This document shows positions 29,401-44,400 of a stretch of DNA of 64,000 nucleotides, piece after piece; position 1 is the first letter of the stretch, and each line of letters starts with the position of its first letter. The translations under genes were made by a program, and so were the position numbers. This DNA is from Carcharhinus longimanus. Taxonomy: Eukaryota. The notes beneath the pieces are model-generated. The model was not told the origin of the DNA. It saw nothing but the letters and a program-made list of their open reading frames with translations, and did not search any database. The stretch spans positions 34,594,597 through 34,658,596 of the forward strand of contig JASCQW010000099.1 of the NCBI GenBank assembly GCA_030264375.1, read 5' to 3'.

Positions 29401-32400
29401 TTCGAAGGAAATCACTCTACGATACTCTGTGATGCACAGAGTGTCAGAGATTCTTTCTGGAAATCACGTTAAAAAACCGGTGGGGGTTAGTCCCATTTTC
29501 TGGCACATTAATAACTGCAATTTTTTGGGGGAGAATCCCAGCCAATATCACATTCTTTCCTAAATTTAAATTGAAGGTTCAATAATGTGAATGGGAGGGG
29601 AATGCAACATGAGGAGAACATAGGACACAGTCTCAGAATAACTGTGAAATTCTACTTTAAAGTACCAGACAATGTATAGTGCACAAGAAGCAATACTTTT
29701 CTCCGTATACTAATACATGTGACAATAATGAATCAAATAATATATTCAGCATATGCAATAAGTGTTCATGCTTCATATTTAGTAGGAATGATTTCAGCTT
29801 CACATTTCTAATTGTATGGTTAACTTTAGTTATTTAGTATTTTCATTATTTTAACATACTTGAGACCATCTCTTCTTGTGCCGAATTTTCTGCTTGTCTT
29901 TCAAATGAATATATAGTGTACTGCCATACGGGAGAGTGTAGGTGATTCTTCCACCGTAAGGTGTCTCCATTATAGTTTGCTTTACCATTTGCTCATCTTC
30001 TTGTTCATCCTTCAAAGTCTGCTTCTCACTTGAAAAAGTTCTGAAAATAAAAGGTTTAACTCCAAAACATTAGCAGTAAGTTCTTGAAATTGGAACCTAA
30101 ACTATTTTATTCCTCAGCACCATGACAGATACACGTTACAGACATCTGTGATGCTGCAATAGTCATACTGTTAAAACTTGCATATTCACACTAGCACCTT
30201 CTGAAATGTTCCCCCGCCACCGATGGTACCACTCACCTAAACAAAAACAAACTTCAAAATTGTATTCGCAAAATTGTGATAAGCAAACCAAAGGATAAAT
30301 TGCATGACACTAATTCCCGCTCTGTTAGCTTTTAAAAGGTGTAATTTTCAAGTAGATACTTGTGTAAGGTCAGACAAGAGTTGCAGCTTGCTCCTTACTT
30401 CTATCATGTCATAGTTGCTGGCTTGCTAATACTATCTATCAGAAAGTAGCGAATAATAAAGTTACTGGCTAATAGTTTTAATGTGCTCTATTTCCTGAAC
30501 AAATCATTAATTTAAATTTGGATTAAATTATCTATTTTGTAATTCTGAACTATGTTACTTGATAATTGCAATATTTATTGACCGTGTTTATGAATTTCTG
30601 TACATTTATAGAATGAATATTTCACTTTAGTTCAGCCATTTCACACCTAGAATCTTTTTTTCTTATTTCATGGGATGTGGGCATCACTGGCAAGACCAGC
30701 AATTGTTGCCCATTCATAATTGCCCCTGAGTGATTTGCTAGGCCATTTCAGAGTGAACTGCATTGTTGTGGGTCTGGAGTCACATGTACGCCAGACCAAA
30801 AAGGGATGGTGGATTTCCTTTTAACCCTGATTCTAAAGAACATTAACTGAGGATAACTATCATGGTCACTACTTGCTAAAAACTAGCTTTATTTTCCAGA
30901 TTTATTAATTGAATTTAAATTCCATTACATGCCATTGTGGGATTTGAACCCACATCCCTAGAGCATCAGTTCAGGCCTTTAGATCATTAGTCCAGTGACA
31001 TTGCCATGCACTATAATCTCCTGGTAAATCACAGCACCTGTATCCAGGAGGCTCAGAACCAGATGTGTGGATTGAGAATTTTGTGGATTTTGGGTCCAAA
31101 GCCTAGAATGCACTTATAATACATATAATAATCATGAAAAATAACAAATAAAAGGGTTTTATTTAAATTGCTACCCAGGGCACCAATTTTGAATGTAGCC
31201 AGTTTTTGGGTTCTTCCAGAATTTGGGATGCTGGGTAAGGGGTCCAGTACCTGTAGTTTTTGAGAAAGTTTTTCTCACTGAGAGATTTTAAGATTGTGTT
31301 ATTTGTTTTAGAACAGTTAATGTTCATAGATGTAAAAAGACAAAGGCTACAAACATTGAAGGTGTGTACTAAAGCCAAAGAAGTCTAATATTGGAATTTC
31401 ACAGTTCATTTTTCCATTTGAAATCAATACTAAGGCCCAATTGTCAGCAGGGTATCTTTCCATTTTTTTAATAACCCAAGGGAAGAAAGGATAAGTCACT
31501 AATGTTATTGACAGGCTTACTGAATGGAGAGGAACTTAGAACCACTGGCCACTTCACTGAGGACAGTTAAACTGTGAATGTTAATTTATTAGGCTGGGGT
31601 TGGAAACTAAAAATCAGGTCAGCTTTTGCAGTTAAAAGCTGTTCAGAAACAAATGGATTCTAAAGACAGGTAGCTGGAATTCTCCAACAATTCACACCCT
31701 GTTGTCGCTGCAAGCTAGGACGGAGAATTTGGCGTTCAGCCAAATCTTTAGCCACTGCAACTGGACCAGAGAATCCTGTTGGCATGAATGGTCAGAGAAT
31801 TCCAGCCTGGTAAGTCAGCACACGGAAGCAATAGGTTCAAAGTTAATTTTTTCATATTTTTCAAAGAAAGAATTGAAACTGAGTCAAGTATGTGGAATTT
31901 GCTTTTGATTGTTGTTTCTGTATTTTACATAAAATTAAGCAGATTAATGACTCATAAAGTGTTTCAATCCATCTTCAGAAAGGACAGAGAACTGTAAGTG
32001 CCATAGGTGCATTGTAGATAGATTAGAACAGTTTTGCTTCACCCTGGGTTCAATTCCAGCCTTGGGTGACTGTCTGTGCGGATTCTGCACATTCTCACTG
32101 TGTCTGTATGGGTTTCCTCCAGGTGCCCTGATTTCCTCCCACAGTCCAAAGATGTGCGGGTTAGGTTGATTGGTCATGCTAAATTTGCTCTCAGTATCGG
32201 GGAATTCGCAGAGTAAATACATGGAGTTATGGGGATAGAGCCTGGGTGCAATTGTTGTCAGTGCNNNNNNNNNNNNNNNNNNNNNNNNNNNNNNNNNNNN
32301 NNNNNNNNNNNNNNNNNNNNNNNNNNNNNNNNNNNNNNNNNNNNNNNNNNNNNNNNNNNNNNNNNNNNNNNNNNNNNNNNNNNNNNNNNNNNNNNNNNNN

Positions 32401-35400
32401 NNNNNNNNNNNNNNNNNNNNNNNNNAATTTTCTTCTTGATATTATGATCAGTTTGATTCACAAGATCAGGAATCCATGATAGATATAAGGTAGTTCCAAT
32501 ACCTGTAAATATCCTCCATTATGCAAACAAGGCTCTTCACGTATTCATTCACAACTCTTTCCTGTACAGCGTCCTCTGAACTGGTGACATGAAAAGCATC
32601 ATCAAAATAAACATGTGTTTCAAAGTCAAAATTGTCTTTATGGGATTTTGAAGAAGTTGGGTTGTATTTGTCCAATCTGTGGAAAAAGAGAACATTGGCT
32701 GAATGAGCTTTGGATTTATCAAAGCAGATACAATATAATTGCAGTTATTGTTGGATCTCTTATGTCATAATCTGATGATTGAGGGTTACATCAAGCATTA
32801 TCTGCATCAACATTTATTTACTATAACAAGGCTGAAAGGAAAGGAAAGCTCAAGAGCTAGATTTCCAGTTTGTAGGTCATTCATTTAGACTTTTGTGCAG
32901 CATTCACTATGATGTTAACTGATTTGGTTTTCTGAGATTTATCAGTGCTTTGTTGGGTCACCTTATGCGGTACCAGTTAGAGAAGTCCTTTCTTCAGGAT
33001 ATGAAAGAAGGTTAACTACAACAGAGTCCCCTGCTATATACCCCTTCTGCTTGCTAATCTGAGAATAGAATGGTAACAAAAGAGAAAGAGGCCTGTTGCA
33101 TCCCTACTGGCCCTCTTTCAGAACAACTCAAGAACTGGCAAGCAGTGCTGCAAGGTCACTGGGGCAGCAAAGGTAAGTGTTTAACCCCATCCAGCATCTT
33201 CCCCCCAATCACTCCCAGATCCCCCAGACCCCGCNNNNNNNNNNNNNNNNNNNNNNNNNNNNNNNNNNNNNNNNNNNNNNNNNNNNNNNNNNNNNNNNNN
33301 NNNNNNNNNNNNNNNNNNNNNNNNNNNNNNNNNNGTAAGGGGACCTGTAATGTTGGTTGGCGGGGGGTGGGGGGGGGTCACTGATCTCCATGATGGAGGG
33401 GGAGGCTGTATCTTCTGTCAGAAGAGCTGCTTTTTTTTAGCTTTTTCTGCACATGCACAGTTTGTGACTCTGATCTAAGCTGCAAGCTGTCTGGCAAATT
33501 AAGCTTTGCCCACTGCCTCTGGTGGCTAGAAACAAGCCAGTCCATTTTTTCAAAGATTGAGTTCATAAGATTCAGCACAAAAACCCACCTGAAGAACAGA
33601 TCAGGAACTCTCCCATTTTCATGCTAGCTGGAGACTTAGAAAAAATCTTGTAAGATTTCATCCTATATGTCCATTTGGGAGGGGAATAATTCAGGGGAAA
33701 CAAGTGAAGAAGCTTTGCTATAAGGAACTCGCAGCACTCAATGCTTGAACACACAAGTGTTTAGTGTGGAGTCCAATAGGCATAGAGAAAGGTCATAGGT
33801 AGAAGAGGGCACTCACAATGTTAAAATGGCGGCGCGGGCTTGTTGGGCGTAAGGGCCTGTTTCCTGTGCTGTGTTGTTCTTTGTTCTTTGTACAAAAATG
33901 GTCTTTCCATCTGCCTCTCAACTCAACCAGGACTACTTTAAGCCCATGAGTATCCATTCTCCAATTCTGTGCCCTATTACAGAGATGGAAGACGAGTTCT
34001 ATGAGGAACTTGATCATGCTATGAGCAAACTTCCCGAGTCAAAACACCATTACCTACTGAGGGATTTCAATGTAAAAGCGAGCACAGGCCATGAGAAGTA
34101 ACCCTCCTGCTTTTGATATCATGGCCTGGGAATGGCAAGGACAACGGGCAATTTGAACTTTACTGCTACCACAAACTTTGAGTATCACCTTTGGGAAAAA
34201 AACCATTCCTGAAGTCACCTGGAGATAGCCATTTCACAGATTGACACCAGCTGAATCAGGTAACGACACCAGATGTGACTCCAAACAACAATCTCAACAC
34301 AGAGATCACTTGCTGCAGTGCACCTGATTTAGTTTAAATGCACCAACCAACATGCCTTTGGAGGGAACCGGAGCACTGGCAGGAAACCCACACAGACGCA
34401 GGAAGAATATGCAGACTCTACACAGACAGTGACCCAAGCTGGAATTGAACTCGGATCCTTGGTGCTGTGAGGCAGCAATGCCAAACCTTTAGGATGATTT
34501 AGGATGCAATCTTTGAAATTTTTTTCGTTCAGGTTAGAAATGTTGCTCTCATTATAGCTTGGACCACACTGCCTATCCAAATTAAAACCAGATTAAATTC
34601 CTCAAGTCAACCGAACATTGGCATTTCAGTGTGTTTCGAGATATCGGGCAGAATTTTATGAGATTTTTTTCTAAGTGTCAGGTGGGTCTGAAACTGGCAG
34701 AGTTCCAGATCTGTTTTTGGGCATGATTTCAGGCCCAATCTAATGCACTCTTGTCTCCAAAATTTTGGGTGAGTCCATTTCTTGCTACAGAAGGCAGGCG
34801 AGGCTTAATGTGCCCAAAAACCTCCAATTGGAGCCTGAAACTGCACATATACCAAAACAAAACTAAAATAAAGCAGCTCCTCTGCCAGATACCTCCCAGA
34901 CCAGATACAGTCTCTCCATGGTCCCCACAGACATTGGACCCCTCCCCCCAACATTACTGACCTCCTTAGCCCCTCAAACACCTCCCCCTCCAGCGGCAGC
35001 CCACTTGCACATGACTCCTGTCACTTCCTGGCCCCAATGGTTACCTGACACAATCCCTCTCTCTCCCCTGGCTCCCAATCATCATAGAGGCACAAATTCA
35101 ACCCCCACCCCCTTTCCCGCATCCCCATCAGCAAGTGCCCACTTCGCTTTCCCTCAGTGATAACAAGGCAAACTGCTGGAACGCTCGCCCAAACCGCCTG
35201 CAGCTGATCTGCCCCAACAAGGGGCAGCTCCATAAAAACCCCAAGGATGGACAGACAGGCAGGCAATGCAGGAAGAAGTGGCATTCAGAAAGGTAGCTCC
35301 CAGATTTTCCTAGCCAGGTTGTTGGACTCAGTGGATGCAAGATGAGACATCCTCTTCCCCCCAAAAGGATGTCATTGGGGAAGCGATGAGAAAATAGCCT

Positions 35401-38400
35401 GGGAGGCAGTGGCTGCATCTGACAGTGCCATGGCACTGGCCAGGAGAACTGGCAAGCAGTGCTGCAAGAAAATAAATGACCTCATCTGAGCAGCAACTAA
35501 GAGTTTTACCCCAACTAGCATCTTCGCCCAAATCACCCCCAGATCCGCCGACCCCCAGCACCTTGCATGCTTCCAGCCCCTGACCCCCATGCACCTCCTT
35601 CCTCCCCTCACTCCCAAAGAGCATCACAGCTCTTATCCTCTGAGGACCACCCCCTGAAACTCTGCAGGAGTCACATCATCAGATTTTTCATGGCTCCTTC
35701 TTTCCCCACAGGAGAAGGCGAAGGCAGGGGGGGTGGTGAGCCTGACCTCCTCACCCCCTTTGAGAAACAGGTGATTGAGCTTGTGGAAGAGAAGGACATC
35801 TAGACCATCAGTGGCAGCATGGTTGGGCTGCAGTATGGAAGTGAGCACCTGCAAATCCTCCACTCAATGGAGAAATGTTAATAAAATCATAGAATCCCTA
35901 CAATGCAGAAGGGGGCCATTCAGCCCCTTGAGCCAGCACCAACCACAATCCCACCCAGGCTCTATTCCCATAACCCCACGTATTTACCCTGCTAATCCCC
36001 CTGATTTTAGGGTCAATTTAGCATGGCTAATCAACCTAACTGCACATCTTTGGACTGTGGGAGGAAACTCACACAGACACGAGAATGTGCAAACTCCACA
36101 CAGACAGTGACCCAAGGCTGGAATTGAACCCAGATCCCTGGCGCTGTGAGGCAGCAATGCTAACCACTGTGCCACCGTGCATCCCAGATTCATCTCCCTC
36201 CCATGCGCTTAACCTTGTGTTGCAGGAAGTGACCCCAATGCACTTGGGCTATCTGGCATTGCAGGCTCCCACTGTTGCTCCCACCCATCCTGCCCCTGAC
36301 AGCTTGGAAGCCTTCTCGGACAAAACTGACGAAGGGACCTCAGAGGGGTGCACCAGTTTGGCATCAGCTTCCACTTCGCAAATCATCATCCCAGAGACTC
36401 TCACATTGGTGGGTCTGTGCGGTATCTGGGTCACTGTCTGGTGCGCACAACACCTCTGCTGATATATATTGGGTGGAGGAGGGAATGTTCAAGGCCCCTG
36501 ACATGTGGGGGCCTTCTGGAGGTGAGGATTCAATTGGCCCCAGACTACATGCTGGACCTCTGCGATCACTTCTCCCTCAGCAACAGGACCAGGGAATGCA
36601 GGAGGGGCTGACAACAACACTGGACCGACTGCAAGGCTGTTGGGATGAGCCCAAAAGCTTTCAAGCGGACCAGCTATTGCCCGTCTTGAGTGTATCCCAG
36701 ACCAACACTGCAAGGGTGACGTCCACAGTGGGGAGCCGAAGGCAGCGAGTCCTCATCATGAGTGGCAGAGTCCAAGCGATGGCCGAGTCACAGCAGGCCA
36801 CAACAGAGTCCCACAAGGCCATGCCTGAGTGACAGCAGGCATCAACTGGCTTCTTGAGATACTGCGGCCCATGGATGAGAGACTTGAGAGCTTGCAGGAG
36901 GCCCAGCAAGACAGCACNNNNNNNNNNNNNNNNNNNNNNNNNNNNNNNNNNNNNNNNNNNNNNNNNNNNNNNNNNNNNNNNNNNNNNNNNNNNNNNNNNN
37001 NNNNNNNNNNNNNNNNNGTTTAACCCCATCCAGCATCTTCCCCCAAATCACTCCCAGATCCCCCATACCCAGCATCCTACATGCTTCCAGCCCCCAACCC
37101 CCAAGTACCTCCTTCCTCACCCCCGCCCCCTCAAAACTTTCACAGTGCTTGCCCTCTGAGGGCCACCCCCGATACTCTGCAGTAGTCATGCCATCATTCT
37201 TTTCGTGACTCCTTCTGTCCCCACGGGAACAGAATACCCATAACTGCCGGGAGAGGATGGAGATAGGGGGTGGTGAGCCTGACCTTCAAGTCCTCACGCC
37301 CTTTGAGGAGCGGGTGCTAGAGCTTTCGGAAGAGGAGGACATCCAGGCAATCTGCAACTGCGTGGTCAGACTGGAGTCACAAAGTCAGCACCTGTCAACC
37401 CCCCACTCAATTCAAGTCAATTACTAAGGGGCAGAGGTTTATGTTGGGAGGGGCAAGGATTGAAGGAGATGTACAAGGGAAGTTTTTTTAAAAAACAGAG
37501 GGTGGTAGGTGCCTGCAACTCACTGCTGAGGGAGGTAGTAGAAGCAAATTGACGAACACATGAATGGGATGGGAATAGAGGGATCTGGTCCCCGGAAGGG
37601 GGTTTTAGTTCAGACAGGCAGCATGGTCAGTACAGGCTTGGAGGGCTGAAGGGTCTGTTCCTGTGTCGTACTTTTCTTTGTTCTATATACAATGGAGAAA
37701 TATCAAGTAAGTTGCCTGCGTCCCAGATTCCTCTCCCTTTCTTGCACTTCACCTTGTGTCCTATGTTGCAGGAAGGGACTCTGACACACCTGGAACATCT
37801 GGCATCGCAGCCCCACTGCTGTCCTGCCCGTCAAGACCCTGACACCTCGGAGGGAACGGATGAAGGGACATCCGAGGACGACACCTAATAAATATCAACT
37901 TCAATCTCATAAATCATCTTCACAGGGTCTCTCATACTGGTGGGTCACGTTAGTGGTGAAGCATCTGGCTCACTCTCTGGTGAGTACAACTCATCTGCTA
38001 ATATACATCATGTGGAGGAGGGAACATTCGAGATCTCAGGCATGCGGGGGCCTGCTGGAGGTGAGGACTCAGCTGGCCCCAGGCTACATGCTGGGCCTCC
38101 GTGACACCTCTCCCCCAGCTGCTGGAGATGCAGCAACAGAGACAGGGAGTGCAGGAGGGGCTGACAGCAACCCTGGACTGGCTGCAAGGCTGTTGACAGG
38201 AGACCCAAATCTTTCATTTAGACAAGATATTGCGTGCTTCCCAGACCAACACTGCAAGGATGGTATCTGCAGTGGAAAGCCTGGGACAAGAAATCATCAC
38301 GATAATGGCAGGGTCAAGCGATGGCTGAGTCACAGCAGGCCACAGTAGAGTCCCAGTGGGACATGGCTGAGGGTCTCAGCAGGCTTCTCGAGGTTCTGCA

Positions 38401-41400
38401 GCCCATGGCTAAGAGGATCGAGAGCCCAGCAGGACAGCACAGAGACACAGCGGGCTATGGCAGCAGCCCCTGAGAACGTGGCCCACTCACAGAGGGTCAT
38501 GGCTGAGAGGCTGCAGAGTGCGGCCCAGTCTCAGAGGATACTTGCTGCTGCCATTGACAGGTGACTCTGACTCAGGCAGCCATTGCAGAGAACTCGACCA
38601 CCATGGCAAGAACACAGATGGTCCCCCAGGACTGGCTGGGCCAGGTGATGGTGGAGCTTTTGGAGCTCACTGCAGAAGAACTGCCATCTCATGGAGTGAC
38701 CCAGGGGCCCACAGGAACCCTGAGAGAGAAGGGAGGGTTCGGGCCCATGCTGGGGCCTTCCAGCCAGGAAACTGTGGCTGTGGCTACACCTTCTGATTGC
38801 CCCTTCCTGACATTGAGGCATCTCAGGGGCAGCAGGATGAAGGGGGTGTCATGGACACGTCCCAGACACCTGAAAGCTGGTCAGAACCCTCAAGGTCCAG
38901 GCCCTCCAAAGGACGCCTGCCAAGAATATCACAGCTCACTGGGCATGGTAGGCAGCGAGCCCCTCCACCTCCGATGTACATTCTAGGGAGACCCCAGTAT
39001 GTAGTGGTATGCCATGTAAGGTTAAGAAGTTGTAGCAGCACAAAGATGGCATGGGTGAAGGGCAGCACTAGGTAAATGGAGTCCTTATACACTTTAACAT
39101 TTCCTGTTCACATGTTTTTATATCAGCACTCATCAATAAGGCACATTTACTGTCACCAATAAATGTTTTCTCACCACCTGCCTGTGACTAATTCATCTCA
39201 GATTTGCCTCTAACAGGAACTTTGTTACCCTGACAGTTACCGGAGGGACCCTTTACGTTGATGTCAGTGCTGGAGGCCCCTCAAAGCTGTGTCACTAAGA
39301 AAATGAAGGTGCACAAATAAATCACTGGTTGCACTGGGTGGCATGCATTGGCAGCAAGTTAAAAAATCTGGCGTGAGATTCCATTCCCTACCCTCCCTCC
39401 TGTCCCAGGGCCCTGTATGAGGGTTCACTGATCCCCTACCCACTACACAGATATGGCCCCAGGTGCTAACGTGCATACAGAGCTCAGGAGACAAACGGGT
39501 TTGCACCAGGGCATCGTCATAATCACCCTCCTGCCTGCCAAAGAAACTCACTAACACAGCCTTCCCAGGCCCACCACTCTGGTGTGACAATGTTGCAGGA
39601 GATTGTAGGGCTTTGATGGGGATGGGGGGCGGGGGGTGGGGTGTGGAACGGAACCCACGTGCAGCAACACAGGCCCTAATGAGTAAAGTGCTTGGCAGTC
39701 AGGGCCTTCCTCACCACCCTCGCATACCTGATCCTTGCTGCCAGCCCTCCAACAGCTGGGTGGGGTCACTCAGCGTTGTCCTCCTTCTCTTCCTCCCCCT
39801 CCTGCTACTGGGCTGCCTCCTCCCCAGCAGCACCCAGCTGCTCGGCCTCCACGTCCTCCTCCATCAGATGGTCTCCTCACTGCCGCACCAGGTTGCGAAA
39901 ACCACTACAATGCGGGAAGAAATCAGGGGGCTATTTTGTAGGAGCGGTCCAGGCACCTGAACTGCATCTTGAGTAGCCCTGTGCACCACTCCGCTAGTGA
40001 ACGAGTGGCAATGTGGGCCTCATTGTATCAGGTCTCCACATCGGTCTCAGGCCTCCGCACAGGCGTCATTAGTCAAGTCCGAAGTGGGTACCCTAATTCC
40101 CCACGAGCCATCCCTGCACCCAGGGATCCTCCTCAAAGACCTCTGGGATACCTGTGCTTGTCAAGATGAAGTTGTCATGCACGCTGCCGGGGATATCTGG
40201 CGCAGACGTGAACGATATTCATCTTATGGTCACACATCAATTGCACATTTAGGGAATGGAAGCCTTTTCTATTCATGAATCATTGTGGATTCTGAATCAA
40301 GGCCTTGAAGGTGACATTTGGCATCCCCACAATGGCCATGAATTCTGCAGCCCTGGCTTCCTGTTGGTCCTGGTCCAGGTCAAATTTAACATGCTGGCCA
40401 GCCCGGCATACAGGACATCCGTGATCTCCTTCACACAGTTGTGGACGGCTGACTGCGAAATGCCACATAGATCTCCATTAGAGTCTGGAAGGACCCCGTG
40501 GCATAAAAGTTTAAAGCGGCCGTCAATTTCACAGCCATCAAGAGTGGGTGCCACCCCGTGCCCTGAGGTATCAGATCCTGCAACAAATGGCACAAGTGTG
40601 GCACTGTCTCCTTTCAGAGCTGGGGCCGTCAGCGGCACGCAGTGTCCCCAGGTTGTTTGAAGGACACCCGTTTGTGGAACTGCCGGGATGTCTGTACCTT
40701 TCTTCTCCTGCACCTTTGGGTGAAGGACAGCCACATCCTGCCTCTGGTGGCTGTCTCGCTTTACTCCTGTGAGTGGTAAGGCCTGGGCCTCCTCTGCCTG
40801 CAATTCACCATCTAGCGCCTCCTCCTCAGCTCCATCAGCAACCAAAAAAACAGCAAGCTCAATCGGTTGCATCTCAAAAGCCATCTCATCAATCTGAATA
40901 GGGGAAAAGGAGTGGATTTTGGAGAAGGGCAGACAGGTGAAGAGGTTAAGGGACTCTGCTTGCCCCTAGCAACTCATATTATCAATACTGCCCATCCCCT
41001 CACCCACGCCCACCCAGCAACAAAGCCCTCCCCCCCATCCTCCCCCCAGTAACACACACCCGGATTCCATGCAGTAGTGACCACAGACAGTGCTGTTTGA
41101 AAAGTCCTGAGGCTGCGGCACTGCCACACAGGATCTGTTCAGATGAGGAGGATTGCAACAGACATCCCCAGACGCTGAAAGATGCCCTCGTAAGAACAAG
41201 ATATGATGCTCAACTCANNNNNNNNNNNNNNNNNNNNNNNNNNNNNNNNNNNNNNNNNNNNNNNNNNNNNNNNNNNNNNNNNNNNNNNNNNNNNNNNNNN
41301 NNNNNNNNNNNNNNNNNNNNNNNNNNNNATGGTACATTGGGGAGACAATGCAGAGGCTACAACAACCGATGAATTAACGCCGCTCGACCATCATCAGGCA

Positions 41401-44400
41401 AGACTGTTCTCTTCGTGTTGGGGCATTCAACCTCTGATCTTTGGGTAAGTGTTTTCCAAGGCGGCCTTCATGACACACGACAATGCAGAGTCACGGAAAA
41501 GAGACTAATAGCAAAGTTCCGCACATATGAGGATGCCATCAACTGGGATCTTGGGTTCAATTGCCCCCCCACTTCACTCCAGCAGCGTCAGGCCACAAGC
41601 TCGCCATGTGGGGAGCTACTGTAAATCTCACTGGAGTGAAACATTCCTGGCAGGGGGAGATGCTAGTGGGCTCGGAGATTTCAATCCCAGGCCCGCTAAT
41701 GACATTTAAATTATATTAAAATTATGGAATGCATAATTTATTCAGCTCTGTGCCAATCTCCAGCATGAAACTGATGGCATCAGATATTTGGACTGAATGG
41801 GCGCCCAGCAGACAGCCCGTAAAACACCCCCCTCCCCCCGCTCGAGTCTCCTGGCCCACTGCGCTAAGAAAGCAATGCCAGGGATGGGAGACTGGCTCCC
41901 AGTGAACCCATGTCCTACCTCAGTGATACTGTCATGCCAATCCACAATACATCATGTGAACAAGCAGAGAAAAACAAAGACCGGTAATTTACACTTGAAA
42001 GCACAATTGCCAACGTAGCTTCAGACTGGAAGGAGGTACAAGGAAATTGTTGGAAAGCAGACAATGCAAACTGACACTCTACAAAATGAAAACTTTCAAC
42101 CACAAGTCTGTCTACTTTAGGATAATAATGGAAAAAGATGAGTGCTGTCCAAAGGGGAGGGTGCTAAACTGGGGGAAGGCAAGTTACAGCCAGATTAGGC
42201 ATGAGCTGATGGATACTGATTGGGAGAGGTTGTTTGCGGGTAAGTCCACGTTCGGCAAGTGGGAGGCTTTCAAGGGAAAACTGAAAAGGTTGCAGGAAAG
42301 ACATGTGCCGGTTAAGAGGAAGGATGGGAAANNNNNNNNNNNNNNNNNNNNNNNNNNNNNNNNNNNNNNNNNNNNNNNNNNNNNNNNNNNNNNNNNNNNN
42401 NNNNNNNNNNNNNNNNNNNNNNNNNNNNNNNAGATGTGCTCTTAGGCTGATTGGTGTAACAAATTGTCCCTAAATTATTCTCCCCTTAATCCGGTTTCCA
42501 ATGGGGGTACCATAAGCATAGACATGGGTCATGGGTGGAGGAGGAAAAACACATTGTTAAGATGGCGGCGCGGGCTCGTTGGGCCGAAGGGTCTGTTTCC
42601 CATGCTGTGTTGTTCTTTGTTCTTTGTTCTTTGTACATAGGCAACTTCAACATTGACAATTAAATGTTATTATTCCATTGTTGTACAGACTGTGCAATGT
42701 CATAACAGTAATTTGTGGTTGTACAACTTGAAGGGAAACTCCCATATTGGATTTAATGTCAGTGCCAACATAAACTGGTTCCTTGAATTTACCTGAATAT
42801 CGATGTAAGGATCTTTGCCATTTCATCCACTGTTTCATGCCACATTGTGGCGCACAAATATATCATCACACGGTCCGACTTCCTATTCAAAAAATGTTTT
42901 CATTTGTTACTAATATCAAATCCTTTTAAATAATGTACAATACTGGGAATTCATAGTAACTGTTACTAATTGTAATTGTGTGTTAAATATAAAGAATATT
43001 ATTTAAATCTCAACGACTTGGGAGACATTTTAGACAAATTCCCTAAACTTTGCCCAGGGAATGCCTGCTCTGCAGTTGCAAAGTTCAGGAAAATAGATGG
43101 CAGAGGCATCAGTTCCTCCTTCGTCCTCTGTGCCATTTTACCAAGATTTCTGGGGTTTTCCATTAGCTGGAACTATGTCTGCAGGAGGCAGAGACTTCTC
43201 ATTCAGATGATAAAGCTGGCATTTAAGCCAGAAAGGTGTGGCAGCAAACCAAAGAAGACCCCATATTTGTTTTCAAATACTTGCCACATCTTTAGACTAT
43301 CAGGGTTGTCAACTCTGGTTGAAGGTAGCTTGAAGGGTACACCACATGACTTCCTATCTCCACCCACCTTGCTTCTACTCTCCCTCCATTGGCCTGTTGA
43401 TCTTCATGTCATTCTGCCTTTCCACACCAATTGGAATGTGTAAAGAACCCCATGACTTAATTGGATGAATCTTGACAGTTAATCAGTTTTTTTTAGCATC
43501 AACAACATTTTCAAAAAAACATTCAAATAAAGCCATTTGTCCTGCCCTTGTGATTTTCCTCCTGAATTTGTTGCAGAGGTTTTCTGAGGATCAAGCTTTA
43601 ATATCTGGAGAGGTCAGGGCAATTCTGGGCTAATGGCATCCCTATTTGCTATCAGGGCCTTTTGGCTGCTGCTGTCTGACAGTAACCAGAAACTCCACTG
43701 CCAGGCCCATTGCCACAGACCTCTGTACCTACCAACCCTTATGAAATAAAATAAGGGGCATTTCAACCATGATATCATGAGTGAGGATGTGGAGGTGCCG
43801 GTGTTGGACTGGGGTAAACACAATAAGAAGCCTCACAACACCAGGTTAAAGTCCAACAGGTTTATTTGGTAGNNNNNNNNNNNNNNNNNNNNNNNNNNNN
43901 NNNNNNNNNNNNNNNNNNNNNNNNNNNNNNNNNNNNNNNNNNNNNNNNNNNNNNNNNNNNNNNNNNNNNNNNNNNNNNNNNNNNNNNNNNNNNNNNNNNN
44001 NNNNNNNNNNNNNNNNNNNNNNNNNNNNNNNNNNNNNNNNNNNNNNNNNNNNNNNNNNNNNNNNNNNNNNNNNNNNNNNNNNNNNNNNNNNNNNNNNNNN
44101 NNNNNNNNNNNNNNNNNNNNNNNNNNNNNNNNNNNNNNNNNNNNNNNNNNNNNNNNNNNNNNNNNNNNNNNNNNNNNNNNNNNNNNNNNNNNNNNNNNNN
44201 NNNNNNNNNNNNNNNNNNNNNNNNNNNNNNNNNNNNNNNNNNNNNNNNNNNNNNNNNNNNNNNNNNNNNNNNNNNNNNNNNNNNNNNNNNNNNNNNNNNN
44301 NNNNNNNNNNNNNNNNNNNNNNNNNNNNNNNNNNNNNNNNNNNNNNNNNNNNNNNNNNNNNNNNNNNNNNNNNNNNNNNNNNNNNNNNNNNNNNNNNNNN

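Noticed and set aside
36918-37017. True tandem duplication of the Harbinger Myb-like gene
   Set aside because: The two copies meet exactly at a 100-N gap and are quite diverged. A nested insertion or scaffolding join cannot be distinguished from duplication.
39650-40884. Domesticated HARBI1 host gene
   Set aside because: It has multiple frameshifts and stops, several diverged copies in the window and transposon context, so it is a dead transposase.
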